21,470 nucleotides of DNA from Nitrososphaerota archaeon. Lineage in GTDB: Archaea; Thermoproteota; Nitrososphaeria_A; Caldarchaeales; Calditenuaceae. The position numbers and the translations under genes are program-made. The DNA lies in contig JAWBQR010000016.1 of the NCBI GenBank assembly GCA_038845265.1, positions 1 to 21,470 of the forward strand. Reading direction: 5' to 3'. Under the pieces are notes generated by a model. That model searched no databases. It saw nothing but the letters and a program-made list of their open reading frames with translations, and was not told the DNA's origin. The stretch's first letter is position 1. Every line of letters begins with the position of its first letter. Positions 7,516 through 16,553 of this stretch are shown piece after piece.

Positions 7516-7947
7516 TTAACTTAATGAGGTTTTTACAAGCTGGTTTTCCGTGAGGTATGCCTTGAGGTCTGCTACCGACTTAAATCTACCAGCCTTGATC
7601 TGTAGATATATCTTTCTATAGACACCTTCCTTTAATCGACCTGCATCCCTCAGAGATGCCAAGAATCTCCTCTGCGACCTTACCCTCATTATCCATCTTC
7701 TTTTTCTCGTAACGACTGAGTGCATTGCGCCCTTCCTTCTGCCGGGGCCACGTCTTTCCTTTACTCTAAGCCTCTGCTGCCCTCTTACTGGCTCAGCATA
7801 TATTGCGCCATCTTTAATTAATGCCTTGATTTCTGCCCTAGTTATTGCATCTCTGATATCTTCAAGTCTTTCTTGATTAAACCTTATTCTATTCTCTCCA
7901 CATTTCAAGATATCTGCTGCTAGTCTTTTTTGAATCTTTAACGACAT
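7516..7947 (-). CDS. rpl19e: 50S ribosomal protein L19e (eL19)
   Basis: LKIQKRLAADILKCGENRI, AITRAEIKALIKDG, RGPGRRKG, WIMRVRSQRR, YRKIYLQIKAGRF. Confidence 0.97.
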   Translation of the reverse strand: MSLKIQKRLAADILKCGENRIRFNQERLEDIRDAITRAEIKALIKDGAIYAEPVRGQQRLRVKERRGPGRRKGAMHSVVTRKRRWIMRVRSQRRFLASLRDAGRLKEGVYRKIYLQIKAGRFKSVADLKAYLTENQLVKTSLS

Positions 7948-8367
7948 TTAGGTGACACCTCTCGGAGGGTTAAGCACCCTTAATCCAGCAGAGAGAGCGG
8001 CTTCATATATTTTTAGCTTATTCCTTCTACCAAGTCTTCCAGAAATCCTCACGGCATGTATTGAAGGATCAAGCCCCTTCAAGTCGTCCTCTTTGCTGAC
8101 GAGTACCTCCTTAAATCCAGATGGATGGAGACCTCTGTATTTTCTTGGACTTCTGTATCCTACTTTAACGAGTGGTGGCCAGCCGCTTACCTGAAGTCTC
8201 ATTTTACTATCCTTCCCCCTAGGCCTGCGCCAGTTCTCCTTTAACCTGACATATCTCCACGACTCTTGTCTCTTGAATTCTGGTCTCTCCTTTCTAATCC
8301 TGAGTACTCTACGTGGAATCTTGACTGCGGCTTTGGGTTTCTTGACCACCTCTGTCTCCTCGCTCAA
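7948..8367 (-). CDS. rpl32e: 50S ribosomal protein L32e (eL32)
   Basis: RPEFKRQESWRYVRLKENWRRPRGKDSKMR, VGYRSPRKYRGLHPSG, RVLNP; TTG start. Confidence 0.97.
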   Translation of the reverse strand: MSEETEVVKKPKAAVKIPRRVLRIRKERPEFKRQESWRYVRLKENWRRPRGKDSKMRLQVSGWPPLVKVGYRSPRKYRGLHPSGFKEVLVSKEDDLKGLDPSIHAVRISGRLGRRNKLKIYEAALSAGLRVLNPPRGVT

Positions 8368-8398
8368 TCTTATTTCTAAGCCCTTAATAACTCGCCAT

Positions 8399-8416
8399 CT
8401 ATAAAACCTTCCTTAC
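8399..8416 (-). promoter_or_regulatory. BRE/TATA promoter for rpl32e-rpl19e-rpl18
   Basis: The minus strand reads GTAAGGAAGG-TTTTATAG (TATA at 8406-8399), 32-39 nt upstream of the rpl32e start. Confidence 0.5.
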
Positions 8417-8482
8417 TCTAAGTCTTGGACGCCCTAAAAATCATTTATTTCAAGCCATACTTGATAATTATAGATAGTCAAT

Positions 8483-9361
8483 ATGCTTGCAATCGTCATT
8501 CTGGCAGGAGGAAGGTCAAAAAGATTTGGAACAAATAAATTAATCTACAAAGTCGAGGGTGAAAGCATGATTAAACGTGTCTTCAAGGCAGCCTCAGAAA
8601 TTACGCAAAATATTTACCTATCAGTAAAGGACAGGGCGCAGGCAGATATCCTACTAGGCGTCTGTGATGGGTTCAGCGGTGTAATATTGGATGCTTTCAA
8701 AGAAATTAATGGCCCCATAAATGGCGTAATTACTTCCCTGAATACATTAAGTTGCGGAGAAGTCGTGACTATTCCTGGGGATATGCCTTTTATTGATTCT
8801 AAGTCATTGTCTAAGTTTATCGATACATGTAAATCCCTAGATGCTAATTCTGGATCGATCTACTGGCCAAGTGGTTGGGTCGATGCCCTTATTCAATATC
8901 ATAAACGCGAAAAAGCAGTAAAACATGCATCTCTATACACTATTAGGGGAGCAATGTCTAGGTCATCAGATATTCTAAGAGCATCAAAGAAAGTTTACTA
9001 TATTCCAATATCTCACCTCACTAAAAATTACAGAACTTTTATTAACATAAATACACCAGAAGATTTATCGAAAAACAATACTGTGCTGTCTTATTCGATG
9101 CCTAAAATTAAACACGTTAAGGAAGACATTATAGAGAATTTTCTATTAGCAACAAACATGCTTAAGAATGATTTGCCCATGGCTGCAGAATACTACTTGT
9201 TCGAGGGAAAAAAATACGAAGAAGAAGAGCTGTATACGTTAGCCATGCATGCATACAAAGATGCAAAAATCTGTTTTGAGAAGCTTAACAAATATACTAG
9301 AGCAAAAGATTTAGATATGAAAATAGCACATATAAAATCTCTCCTAAATTATCATAGATGA
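8483..9361 (+). CDS. mobA: Molybdenum cofactor guanylyltransferase (MobA) with an extra ~95-aa helical C-terminal domain
   Basis: VILAGGRSKRFGTNK, GPINGV, PGDMPFI, FININTPEDL; convergent with moeA. Confidence 0.85.
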   Translation: MLAIVILAGGRSKRFGTNKLIYKVEGESMIKRVFKAASEITQNIYLSVKDRAQADILLGVCDGFSGVILDAFKEINGPINGVITSLNTLSCGEVVTIPGDMPFIDSKSLSKFIDTCKSLDANSGSIYWPSGWVDALIQYHKREKAVKHASLYTIRGAMSRSSDILRASKKVYYIPISHLTKNYRTFININTPEDLSKNNTVLSYSMPKIKHVKEDIIENFLLATNMLKNDLPMAAEYYLFEGKKYEEEELYTLAMHAYKDAKICFEKLNKYTRAKDLDMKIAHIKSLLNYHR

Positions 9362-9423
9362 GTGCATAATTTCAGACATATTACATTCATCCTTCGAGCC
9401 CAATAATCAGTAATATTGATTAA

Positions 9424-10662
9424 TCATCTCACTAAATTGACTAGTATTTTTTCGCCTGCTTTAATTGTCTTGTCATTATCGACCAATAGGTATCCATTGA
9501 CCCTTAGTAAACTGCTGAATGAAGATGGTCTTGACTTAAGAGGCACGGCATGGAGTTCTCCATTCCGCAGCTCTAGACTTATTAGGATGATGCTTGTCAA
9601 TCCTGCCTTACCTTTTACATCAAGATCTAGAATTGCGGGACATGAATTGATAGATTCATTGACGCCTGACAGTAGATTAATTATTTTCTTTCCAAATATT
9701 TGATAACAGACATACATCGAGACAACATGTCCAGGCATCATCAATACTGGTATATTGTTGACTACAGCGTAACCGGTGGGCTTGGCCGGGTAGCATCTAA
9801 CGCCGTGAAAAATAATCTTTGCACCACTTATCGACTTAATGGCTTTAGGGACTATGTCATTAGGCCCTATAGAACATCCACCAGTAGTAAATATAACATC
9901 GCAATTCCTCGAAAGCTCTAATAACTTATTCTTAAATTCAACTTCATCATCATGCACAACACTAATCGATACAACATCGGCGCCAGCTTCAAGTGACTTT
10001 CGCGAAATTATATATGAATAATTAATGGCTTCCAATCCTCTCTCCTGATATCCTTCAAATAGTTCATTACCTACTGAAATGATTGCTAGTCTCGGCTTAC
10101 GAAAAACATGTATCTTTTCGAAGGAAAGCTCCATTAATAATCCGGTGATCTCTGGAGTTATTATGCTCCCAGCTTTCAGTAGCAATTCTCCTTCCCTCAC
10201 CTCTTCACCTTTCTGTATGACGTCTTTTCCAGGCATGACTTTTTCGATTATACGCACGTATTCGCCCTCAACTTTAAAATTCTCAGACCTGACCACTGCG
10301 TCTGCTCCTCTCGGTAGAGCCATGCCAGTAGCTATAGGTACGGCCTCACCACTTCTTAACGAGTCAACATATGATTTCTTTAGATAGAGCTTAACTGGAT
10401 TCTTATGAGATGCATGTAAAAGATCCTTACTATTGACAGCTATCCCGTCAAGTGCAGCTAATTCTTTTGGTGGCACATTGCTTGGCGCATATATGTCTTC
10501 AGCCAGAATTCTTCCAGGACTCTCCACTAAGCTTATCTCTTCTATGCATGGCTTGTAATTTATCAAGGATTCATGAATTGCTGCTTGAGCCTCCTCCAAA
10601 GTAATTAGACGGAGAGTAGATGTATATTCGTGCTGAGATTCGTGACCTTCCAAATCCTTCAA
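9424..10662 (-). CDS. moeA: Molybdopterin molybdenum/tungsten transferase MoeA (divergent motifs)
   Basis: GRILAEDI, VPP..AALDGIAV, IATGMALPRGADAVV, GEEVREGE, SVGNEL, TTGGCSIGPND, PAKP, MPG; TTG start with TTTTATAT about 30 nt upstream. Confidence 0.92.
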   Translation of the reverse strand: MKDLEGHESQHEYTSTLRLITLEEAQAAIHESLINYKPCIEEISLVESPGRILAEDIYAPSNVPPKELAALDGIAVNSKDLLHASHKNPVKLYLKKSYVDSLRSGEAVPIATGMALPRGADAVVRSENFKVEGEYVRIIEKVMPGKDVIQKGEEVREGELLLKAGSIITPEITGLLMELSFEKIHVFRKPRLAIISVGNELFEGYQERGLEAINYSYIISRKSLEAGADVVSISVVHDDEVEFKNKLLELSRNCDVIFTTGGCSIGPNDIVPKAIKSISGAKIIFHGVRCYPAKPTGYAVVNNIPVLMMPGHVVSMYVCYQIFGKKIINLLSGVNESINSCPAILDLDVKGKAGLTSIILISLELRNGELHAVPLKSRPSSFSSLLRVNGYLLVDNDKTIKAGEKILVNLVR

Positions 10663-10729
10663 TCTTATCCATGTAGGTGCGTCAATATAAAAAATAATTT
10701 ATACACCCAAGTACTTAAAATGTAAAGAA

Positions 10730-11293
10730 TTATGATTCTATCCCTACTTTCTTCTCATATAGATATATTCCGTCAAGATATTTCCGTGGATCCTTATCTT
10801 TAACTTTCGTAGTATTTTCAATAATGCCTGCTGCAAGCCCAACTTTCTCCTTATCCAGCCCGGTCAATATTATTTCGTCTCCTTTTACTGTCGCCTTGAC
10901 GCCGTCTGGAAGCACTACCTTTCTGGGCACTTTTTCTCCAATAAAATTCTCGATCAACAACTCATTTCCCTTTATTTTTATGCTTATAGGAAAGTGAGAT
11001 TGAATTATCTTCATCCTGTATGTAAAGCCCTTAGTGACGCCAGTAACCATATTTTCGATTATTGACCTGACTGTATTGAGTATAGCGATTGCGCGTCGTC
11101 CTCTCCCGTAGACTCTGATTTTTAATGTGTTCTCCGAGATGCTCATCTTAACTCCCGCATTAATAAAACTCTTCGTCAATTCTCCGAGCTTTCCTTTCAC
11201 CGTAACTGTATTTGGTGAATTAAGACTTACCTGTACATCACTAGGTATTTGGACAGAGTCTTCGACAAACTTTAATTTGCTTATAGCCTGCAT
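10730..11293 (-). CDS. rpl6: 50S ribosomal protein L6 (uL6)
   Basis: VKGKLGEL, ENMVTGVTKGFTYRMKIIQSHFPI, NFIGEKVPR, KDPRKYLDGIY. The start is placed at ATG 11293 (MQAISK). Confidence 0.97.
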   Translation of the reverse strand: MQAISKLKFVEDSVQIPSDVQVSLNSPNTVTVKGKLGELTKSFINAGVKMSISENTLKIRVYGRGRRAIAILNTVRSIIENMVTGVTKGFTYRMKIIQSHFPISIKIKGNELLIENFIGEKVPRKVVLPDGVKATVKGDEIILTGLDKEKVGLAAGIIENTTKVKDKDPRKYLDGIYLYEKKVGIES

Positions 11294-11349
11294 GTTTTTT
11301 CCTGCAATATGTATGAAAATCGGTACCTTTAATATGCTTCGCAATAATA

Positions 11350-11739
11350 TCAGTACACGTATCCAAGTAGCTTGCCGCCTATTCTCATTTTTATTGCTTC
11401 GGTATGCGACATGACGCCTTTAGTAGTTGTTACAACTATTATTCCCACATTCTTGCTCGGTAGATAGAGCTTTGTCCATCGTTCATACTCGTCCTTTTTT
11501 ACGCTTATCCTAGGCTTTATTGGTGCAGCCCTGTTTATACGTCCGAGAAGCTGTATAAGGACTTTTCCGCCTCTCCCATCTTCAATATATTCAAAAGCGC
11601 CTATGTATCCATGTCTCTGCAACGTTCTAAGAATATCTGTGATCAGCTTAGAGTAATAGTAAATACACTCTTTATTCCTGACGAACTCGTTGTTCTGCAA
11701 TGTCGTAAATAATCCTGCAACGAGGTCCTTAGCAACCAT
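11350..11739 (-). CDS. rps8: 30S ribosomal protein S8 (uS8)
   Basis: SKLITDIL, GYIGAFEYIEDGRGG, LLGRIN, IKPR, TTTKGVMSH, IGGKLLGYVY. The start is placed at ATG 11739 (MVAKD), with TTTAAAT about 30-36 nt upstream. Confidence 0.97.
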   Translation of the reverse strand: MVAKDLVAGLFTTLQNNEFVRNKECIYYYSKLITDILRTLQRHGYIGAFEYIEDGRGGKVLIQLLGRINRAAPIKPRISVKKDEYERWTKLYLPSKNVGIIVVTTTKGVMSHTEAIKMRIGGKLLGYVY

Positions 11740-11794
11740 GCTTAACACTACTTCTATGAGCGTCATAATTTAAATCTACAGCTATTTATTAGGA

Positions 11795-12523
11795 TTAATC
11801 GAACAATCTGCGCCTAAGGTGCTTCAAATATGGGGACTGGAGACTACAAGTCATTAATGGCTCCTTAAGACGCATCTTCAATAAGGGGGGAGATGGTAGA
11901 GATACAGCTGGCTCTGATAGAAAGCTTTTCAATGTCCTTAAAGGAGAATGAAACAAAACATCATCAAAATACGGACTACCATATACAGTCAATAGTAAGG
12001 GAATTAATCGTATTTCGAACTCTCCCTCACCAATGGTCTTACTGAGAAATTCCCTCATAATGAGTATTCTTCGCTTCATTGCCGACTCAATTGTTTTGAT
12101 GAGCCCAATTGTTATGCTTCGCCTCCATCGTTTACATTCAACTATATATAACGTATCTTCATTAAATGCCAATAAGTCAATCTGCGTCTTATTTTTCCCA
12201 ATACTGATCTGAATATTCCTCATTATGTTCAGTCCGGCATTTTCAAAAATACGTGAAGTTAATTCTTCAAATAAGCTCCAATCAAGTGATACTGAGAGCA
12301 CTTCTGGAGACACATTCATGCCGAAAAGAGTTACCGCTATTCTCAGTAGGTCATCAGAGCCAAGCATTTCTCCATCCTTCAAGTTAAATTTCTCAAAAAC
12401 CCTTCTGACAACATCTCTCGAGGACCCTGACCATTCCTTAACCGTCTCGATAAATATAGGCCCAACTCTCGATGTTCTTAAAACACATAACAATACATTT
12501 CGCTCAACGGAAGAGATCTTCAT
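11795..12523 (-). CDS. PD-(D/E)XK restriction endonuclease-like protein (Mrr/NERD-like)
   Basis: DWSLFEELTSRIFENAG ... QIDLLAF ... IVECKRW. The probable start ATG 12523 overlaps the cofE 3' end by 20 nt. Confidence 0.8.
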   Translation of the reverse strand: MKISSVERNVLLCVLRTSRVGPIFIETVKEWSGSSRDVVRRVFEKFNLKDGEMLGSDDLLRIAVTLFGMNVSPEVLSVSLDWSLFEELTSRIFENAGLNIMRNIQISIGKNKTQIDLLAFNEDTLYIVECKRWRRSITIGLIKTIESAMKRRILIMREFLSKTIGEGEFEIRLIPLLLTVYGSPYFDDVLFHSPLRTLKSFLSEPAVSLPSPPLLKMRLKEPLMTCSLQSPYLKHLRRRLFD

Positions 12524-13259
12524 CGGCCGGCCTAATAATCCTCCGCGCCCCATCCTCACTCGCCTTATATCTATATCCTCGTATTATTGCTACCGGCACA
12601 CCCTCATCTGCCTGGCCCATAACAAGCTCAGCAGCAGATGCTAGTTCATCTGCAATGCAGATCTGCTTACTCCTCAATATTCGTCCATAAAGATCCTTCT
12701 CACCCCTTCTGTCCCAAATGGGCTCGATTCCGCTGCAACCTACAGCAACATTGATCGCCCCCCTGCGGAAGGGCCTCCCATGCGAGTCAGTAATTATTAC
12801 AGCAACATGTTTTCCAGTCAAGGCTTCGATCTCCTTCCTAATAATTTCAGCAGACTTATCAGGATCAATCGGAAGGAGCGCCACCATTCCCTCGCCAACA
12901 TTTGACAAATCTACACCGCTATTCGCACAAATAAAACCATGCCTAGTCTCGGTAATTATTACTTCTCCCCTCATCCTCACTATCCTGACCGCTTCCCGAA
13001 GGATTGCCTCTACATGTCTCGGATCCTTACCCGTAGTTGCCGCTATGTTTAGAGCATCCTGGCTTGGAATAAATTCGCTAAGCGAGTAAACCCTACCCTC
13101 TGCCTTTGAGACAATTATCTGTGTCACTAAAACTATGTCGTGATCCTCTATTGTCAGACCCATCCTGTTCACTGCCTCTATAATTATCTCACCGAGATTG
13201 TCTCCAGGCCTAATTAGTGGTATTCCGCTAACTCCAATAATCTCAATTTTTTGGACCAT
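12504..13259 (-). CDS. cofE: Coenzyme F420-0:L-glutamate ligase
   Basis: IPLIRPGDNL, IVSKAEGR, ANSGVDLSN, LLPIDPDKSA, ITDSHGRPFRRG, DLYGR, DELASAAELVMGQADEGVPVAIIRG. Confidence 0.95.
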   Translation of the reverse strand: MVQKIEIIGVSGIPLIRPGDNLGEIIIEAVNRMGLTIEDHDIVLVTQIIVSKAEGRVYSLSEFIPSQDALNIAATTGKDPRHVEAILREAVRIVRMRGEVIITETRHGFICANSGVDLSNVGEGMVALLPIDPDKSAEIIRKEIEALTGKHVAVIITDSHGRPFRRGAINVAVGCSGIEPIWDRRGEKDLYGRILRSKQICIADELASAAELVMGQADEGVPVAIIRGYRYKASEDGARRIIRPADEDLFR

Positions 13260-13291
13260 TTTCGTTCAGACCTGCCGTTTCTATAAATCAT

Positions 13292-13612
13292 CTAAAAGCC
13301 AAGCTTCTCGAGACGTTTCTTCGATCGGATATTCAGGGCAACTTTAGGCACTGCTTCATGTGGTTCTTCCCTGTCCTCTGTTTTTCTCTTTACGAATAGA
13401 GCGCATTTGCCTTCAGGCAGTAACTTTAGCTGTGCACAACTCGCGTATGGGCATTTGTACCCGATACATGGAGAATTTACCCAGTTACACCATGGGGGGT
13501 CGCGACGAAAATCAAGAGCAACCTGCCCGGGCGATAGGAATTTTCTGCACCTGAAGAACCGGCAAAGAGGATTACATATAGCGGTCGGTTCCCTGCTTAG
13601 AACCCACTCCAA
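13292..13612 (-). CDS. Small Cys-rich (8 Cys) putative metal-binding protein of unknown function
   Basis: CNPLCRFFRC ... WCNWVNSPCIGYKCPYASC ... LLPEGKC followed by a charged tail; purine-rich SD-like gagagagg before the TTG start; co-oriented with its neighbours. Confidence 0.7.
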   Translation of the reverse strand: MEWVLSREPTAICNPLCRFFRCRKFLSPGQVALDFRRDPPWCNWVNSPCIGYKCPYASCAQLKLLPEGKCALFVKRKTEDREEPHEAVPKVALNIRSKKRLEKLGF

Positions 13613-13676
13613 CCTCTCTCCCTCAACCGTTTTGAATAAAATAGTAATAGTCTCAATATATCTTTTTTATTTGAGT

Positions 13677-15449
13677 TCAAACCTGAAAACTCTTAACCGA
13701 TGTAGTATATTTTTTGCCATGCAATGCTCCTCTAGTCCTTTTCAGTATTAGAACTGCCGAGGATATAAGTATAGACAAGAAGAATAAAACGGCTATCAAC
13801 ATTACGAAAGTGTCAATACTCACTAGTCCACCACCAATTGATATCCCCCGTAATCTAATTATTTCCATCCCGGGCTGAGTGACAATCAATCTCCTTCTCT
13901 CTACTATCTTTCCATCATAAATTAAGTCTATAGTAATCATGCCTCTTGAGGGCACCATGAAGCTGTACTCGCCTTTGCCTGTCCTTGTTATCAATAATTT
14001 TTGTCCAGCCTTGTATGCAGCTACTTCTATGTTCTCTATAGGTGCTCCTAGCCAGTCTAAAACCTTTATGGTAAGATTGATGTCAATTCCCCTAACAGTA
14101 AGTCTCAGTTTTTCTTCCAAAATATTAACTTCTCCGGAATCAATAACTTCGTCAAGATACGTGATTGAGTATGTATGGCGTCCTGGGAAAATCTTGACTT
14201 TAGCTACCCCCTCATCATTAGTCATAACTTCGCTTGATAATCCAGTTATTGGGTCTTGTATCTTAACTATGGCATTGGGCAAAGGTTCTCCGCTTGGCTT
14301 CAATACTACTAGGGATACCTCTCTGCGAGGCACGGTATAGTCAATAGAGGATACAGCCGGTGTGAAAGAAAAACTAAAGCTGGAGATAAGGTTTTTTTCT
14401 TTGAGTATTAATGCTCGGTAATTTCCGGCACCATATTGACCAATTGAATATGGTAGAATACTGAATATGGCCTTGCCGTCTCGTCCAGTCGTAGACATCG
14501 TTAAGTTGCCATACTTATCTGTCTGTAAGATGATTCTAAGATTCCTTACGGGACTTCCATCATCGCTTGCAACATTAATCACTAATTTATCGATGTTGAG
14601 GACATAGGTTTTGTTGATGCTACTATCGAGCAAAAACTTATCGCTTAGAATGACCAACTCTTTTCCAAACTCTGGATAATTTAGAATTAAGTTAACCGTA
14701 TATGTTCCTGCAATTTTAGATATAGGTATTTCTCCGGCTGGCGCCTCCCCATTTTTTATCTGCAGAGATGCTGAATAATTATCTGCAATTAAAGTTATTT
14801 TACCCTGCTGAACTGGGTCTCCAGACGCGTCATTAACCCTGAAGTTTAGTCTAGCTAAGTTAGCAACAATATTCAATGGCTCTGTCTGTACAACTGGGTA
14901 ATCAACAAACTCACTGACGACAGTAAGATTATTTATCATTGCATATATTTGATACCTCCCGATACCTGGCAAAGATGAGAATGGCAAATCATTTATGACT
15001 AGTGTTCCATCGTCTGATGTCTTGCCTGTCTTTTTGATTGCACCGCTCTCAGACTTAACCGTGACACTCAGAGCTCCAACGCCGTTACCATCCACATCTA
15101 TTATTCGGCATCTAAGTGCCCCAATTTGGAGCTTAAGCTCGACTCGACGCATTGTCGGAAAATCAACTTCGCTATACCCAACCCGGATGCCATCAAGAAT
15201 TACAGATAAGTCATATTTTCCGGGTGACAAAAGTTTGAAAACAGCTACCCCGTTAGCCCCTGTCTTAAAGGACCTCCTAAAAGTCTCGTTAGCTACTATT
15301 ACTTCTATTCCGGGCCTCGGTTTTCCGTCATTGTCAATTACTATGACTTCCAGGTCAGACGGCTCTTGACCTGAGACCAGATAGGATAATAATGTAATTG
15401 TAAGGAGTATTAGAACCAATGCTATGAATACATGCTGGAGATTCTTCAT
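13677..15449 (-). CDS. Membrane-anchored surface protein with ~6 carboxypeptidase-regulatory-like (Ig/prealbumin-like) repeats
   Basis: N-terminal signal peptide; repeated hxhxVxDxxGxP...TxxxGxxxF units (IDNDGKP, IDVDGNG, NDASGDP, SDDGSP, KPSGEP, DWLGAP); C-terminal TM helix followed by a basic tail. Confidence 0.8.
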   Translation of the reverse strand: MKNLQHVFIALVLILLTITLLSYLVSGQEPSDLEVIVIDNDGKPRPGIEVIVANETFRRSFKTGANGVAVFKLLSPGKYDLSVILDGIRVGYSEVDFPTMRRVELKLQIGALRCRIIDVDGNGVGALSVTVKSESGAIKKTGKTSDDGTLVINDLPFSSLPGIGRYQIYAMINNLTVVSEFVDYPVVQTEPLNIVANLARLNFRVNDASGDPVQQGKITLIADNYSASLQIKNGEAPAGEIPISKIAGTYTVNLILNYPEFGKELVILSDKFLLDSSINKTYVLNIDKLVINVASDDGSPVRNLRIILQTDKYGNLTMSTTGRDGKAIFSILPYSIGQYGAGNYRALILKEKNLISSFSFSFTPAVSSIDYTVPRREVSLVVLKPSGEPLPNAIVKIQDPITGLSSEVMTNDEGVAKVKIFPGRHTYSITYLDEVIDSGEVNILEEKLRLTVRGIDINLTIKVLDWLGAPIENIEVAAYKAGQKLLITRTGKGEYSFMVPSRGMITIDLIYDGKIVERRRLIVTQPGMEIIRLRGISIGGGLVSIDTFVMLIAVLFFLSILISSAVLILKRTRGALHGKKYTTSVKSFQV

Positions 15450-15460
15450 GGATTTTGCAC

Positions 15461-15910
15461 TCAGGACAGTAGAGTATTAAGCCTATTATTAAATGCGTTT
15501 CGTCGCAAAAATTCATTTGCCTCTTCGAGTACTTGCTTTGCAGTCTTATAAGTCAAGACCTGTAAGGCATCTCTGTATTTTAGCCATGCGTAGGCTCTAT
15601 GTTCGTAGCTTAGCCTGACATTTGTTGTGTTGGTTTTAGCGAGATAGAATATGACCATCTTTCTTACTAAGTCTTCACCACTTCTATAGAAGTATTGAAT
15701 GGTCTTTCTAAAACCATCGATAAGCTCTATTTCCCTAATCCCGGTTTCTTCGTAGACCTCTCTCTTAAGCGCATCTATCTCTGTCTCGCCTTCCTCTATT
15801 CCTCCCTTTGGGAAATCCCAATGACCAGCACCATACAACAGGAGAAGAAAATACATATCGTCAAGCTTATCGTTGAATATTACGGCCCCAGCTGATCGAC
15901 GCTCCTTCAT
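15461..15910 (-). CDS. Nudix hydrolase, asymmetrical Ap4A hydrolase-like
   Basis: SAGAVIF, GHWDFPKG, Nudix box GGIEEGETEIDALKREVYEETGI, LSYEHRAYAWL. Confidence 0.9.
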   Translation of the reverse strand: MKERRSAGAVIFNDKLDDMYFLLLLYGAGHWDFPKGGIEEGETEIDALKREVYEETGIREIELIDGFRKTIQYFYRSGEDLVRKMVIFYLAKTNTTNVRLSYEHRAYAWLKYRDALQVLTYKTAKQVLEEANEFLRRNAFNNRLNTLLS

Positions 15911-15998
15911 CCAGGATTCACTGCGGTCTCTAATGTTATTTGGATACTTCTTTGAGATAAATATTTCGTGATCTTTCCTACTGAGGACTTATAGATTT

Positions 15999-16553
15999 CT
16001 ACCTTGTTATGTCAGGTACTGCTTCTTTGGTTCTTCTCGCTGCTATCTCGGCGGCCTCTTCAAGTATCTTTCTTACCTCTTCGTCTGATACATTATGATA
16101 AACTATTTCATTTCCGCTTAATCCACCTATCTCAAGTGAGATATCTTCAAGTGAGTCCTGTACAGCTCTAATATTCATGCCGAGTTCTGGCATAGCTCCA
16201 TGAACATCTTTACTAATGTTACTAATGATTGTCTTTACTGGCATGATTGCTTCTTTAACATCCTTTAAGTCTTTCAAAGTTGATAATCTATTTATGACTG
16301 CCTCAAGAGATAATTGACTCCTAATAACGTTATTGAGCGTCTTCCTCATTTGGCTGAGTTCAGAAGCATACATTGCTGCTTTTTCTTGGTCGCCTTCGGC
16401 CTGTGCTCTAACACACGCTTCGAACAACTCCTTTCCTCGCCCAGTCATGTATTGTATTCTGCTCGATAACTTATTATTCATCACTGAGAGATTAACCACT
16501 ACTCTCTCGACGTTCTGCCAAATCTGTTGCTCCTTCTTTTTGAATATCCTCAT
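15999..16553 (-). CDS. ESCRT-III / Snf7-domain protein (CdvB paralog, no C-terminal wH domain)
   Basis: ELFEACVRA..GDQEKAAMYASELSQMRK, QLSLEAVINRLSTL, MPEL and EVRKILEEAAEIA match the crenarchaeal/thaumarchaeal CdvB core. Start at ATG 16553 (MRIFKKK) or GTG 16592. Confidence 0.88.
   Translation of the reverse strand: MRIFKKKEQQIWQNVERVVVNLSVMNNKLSSRIQYMTGRGKELFEACVRAQAEGDQEKAAMYASELSQMRKTLNNVIRSQLSLEAVINRLSTLKDLKDVKEAIMPVKTIISNISKDVHGAMPELGMNIRAVQDSLEDISLEIGGLSGNEIVYHNVSDEEVRKILEEAAEIAARRTKEAVPDITR

Noticed and set aside
8368-10729. mobA/moeA cassette as a mobile element
   Set aside because: No transposase, integrase, terminal inverted repeats or target-site duplication seen at its edges.
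13407-13751. 114-aa plus-strand ORF opposite the Cys-rich gene
   Set aside because: The minus-strand ORF has a regular Cys pattern, an SD-like sequence and the same orientation as its neighbours; this ORF also overlaps the end of the surface-protein gene.
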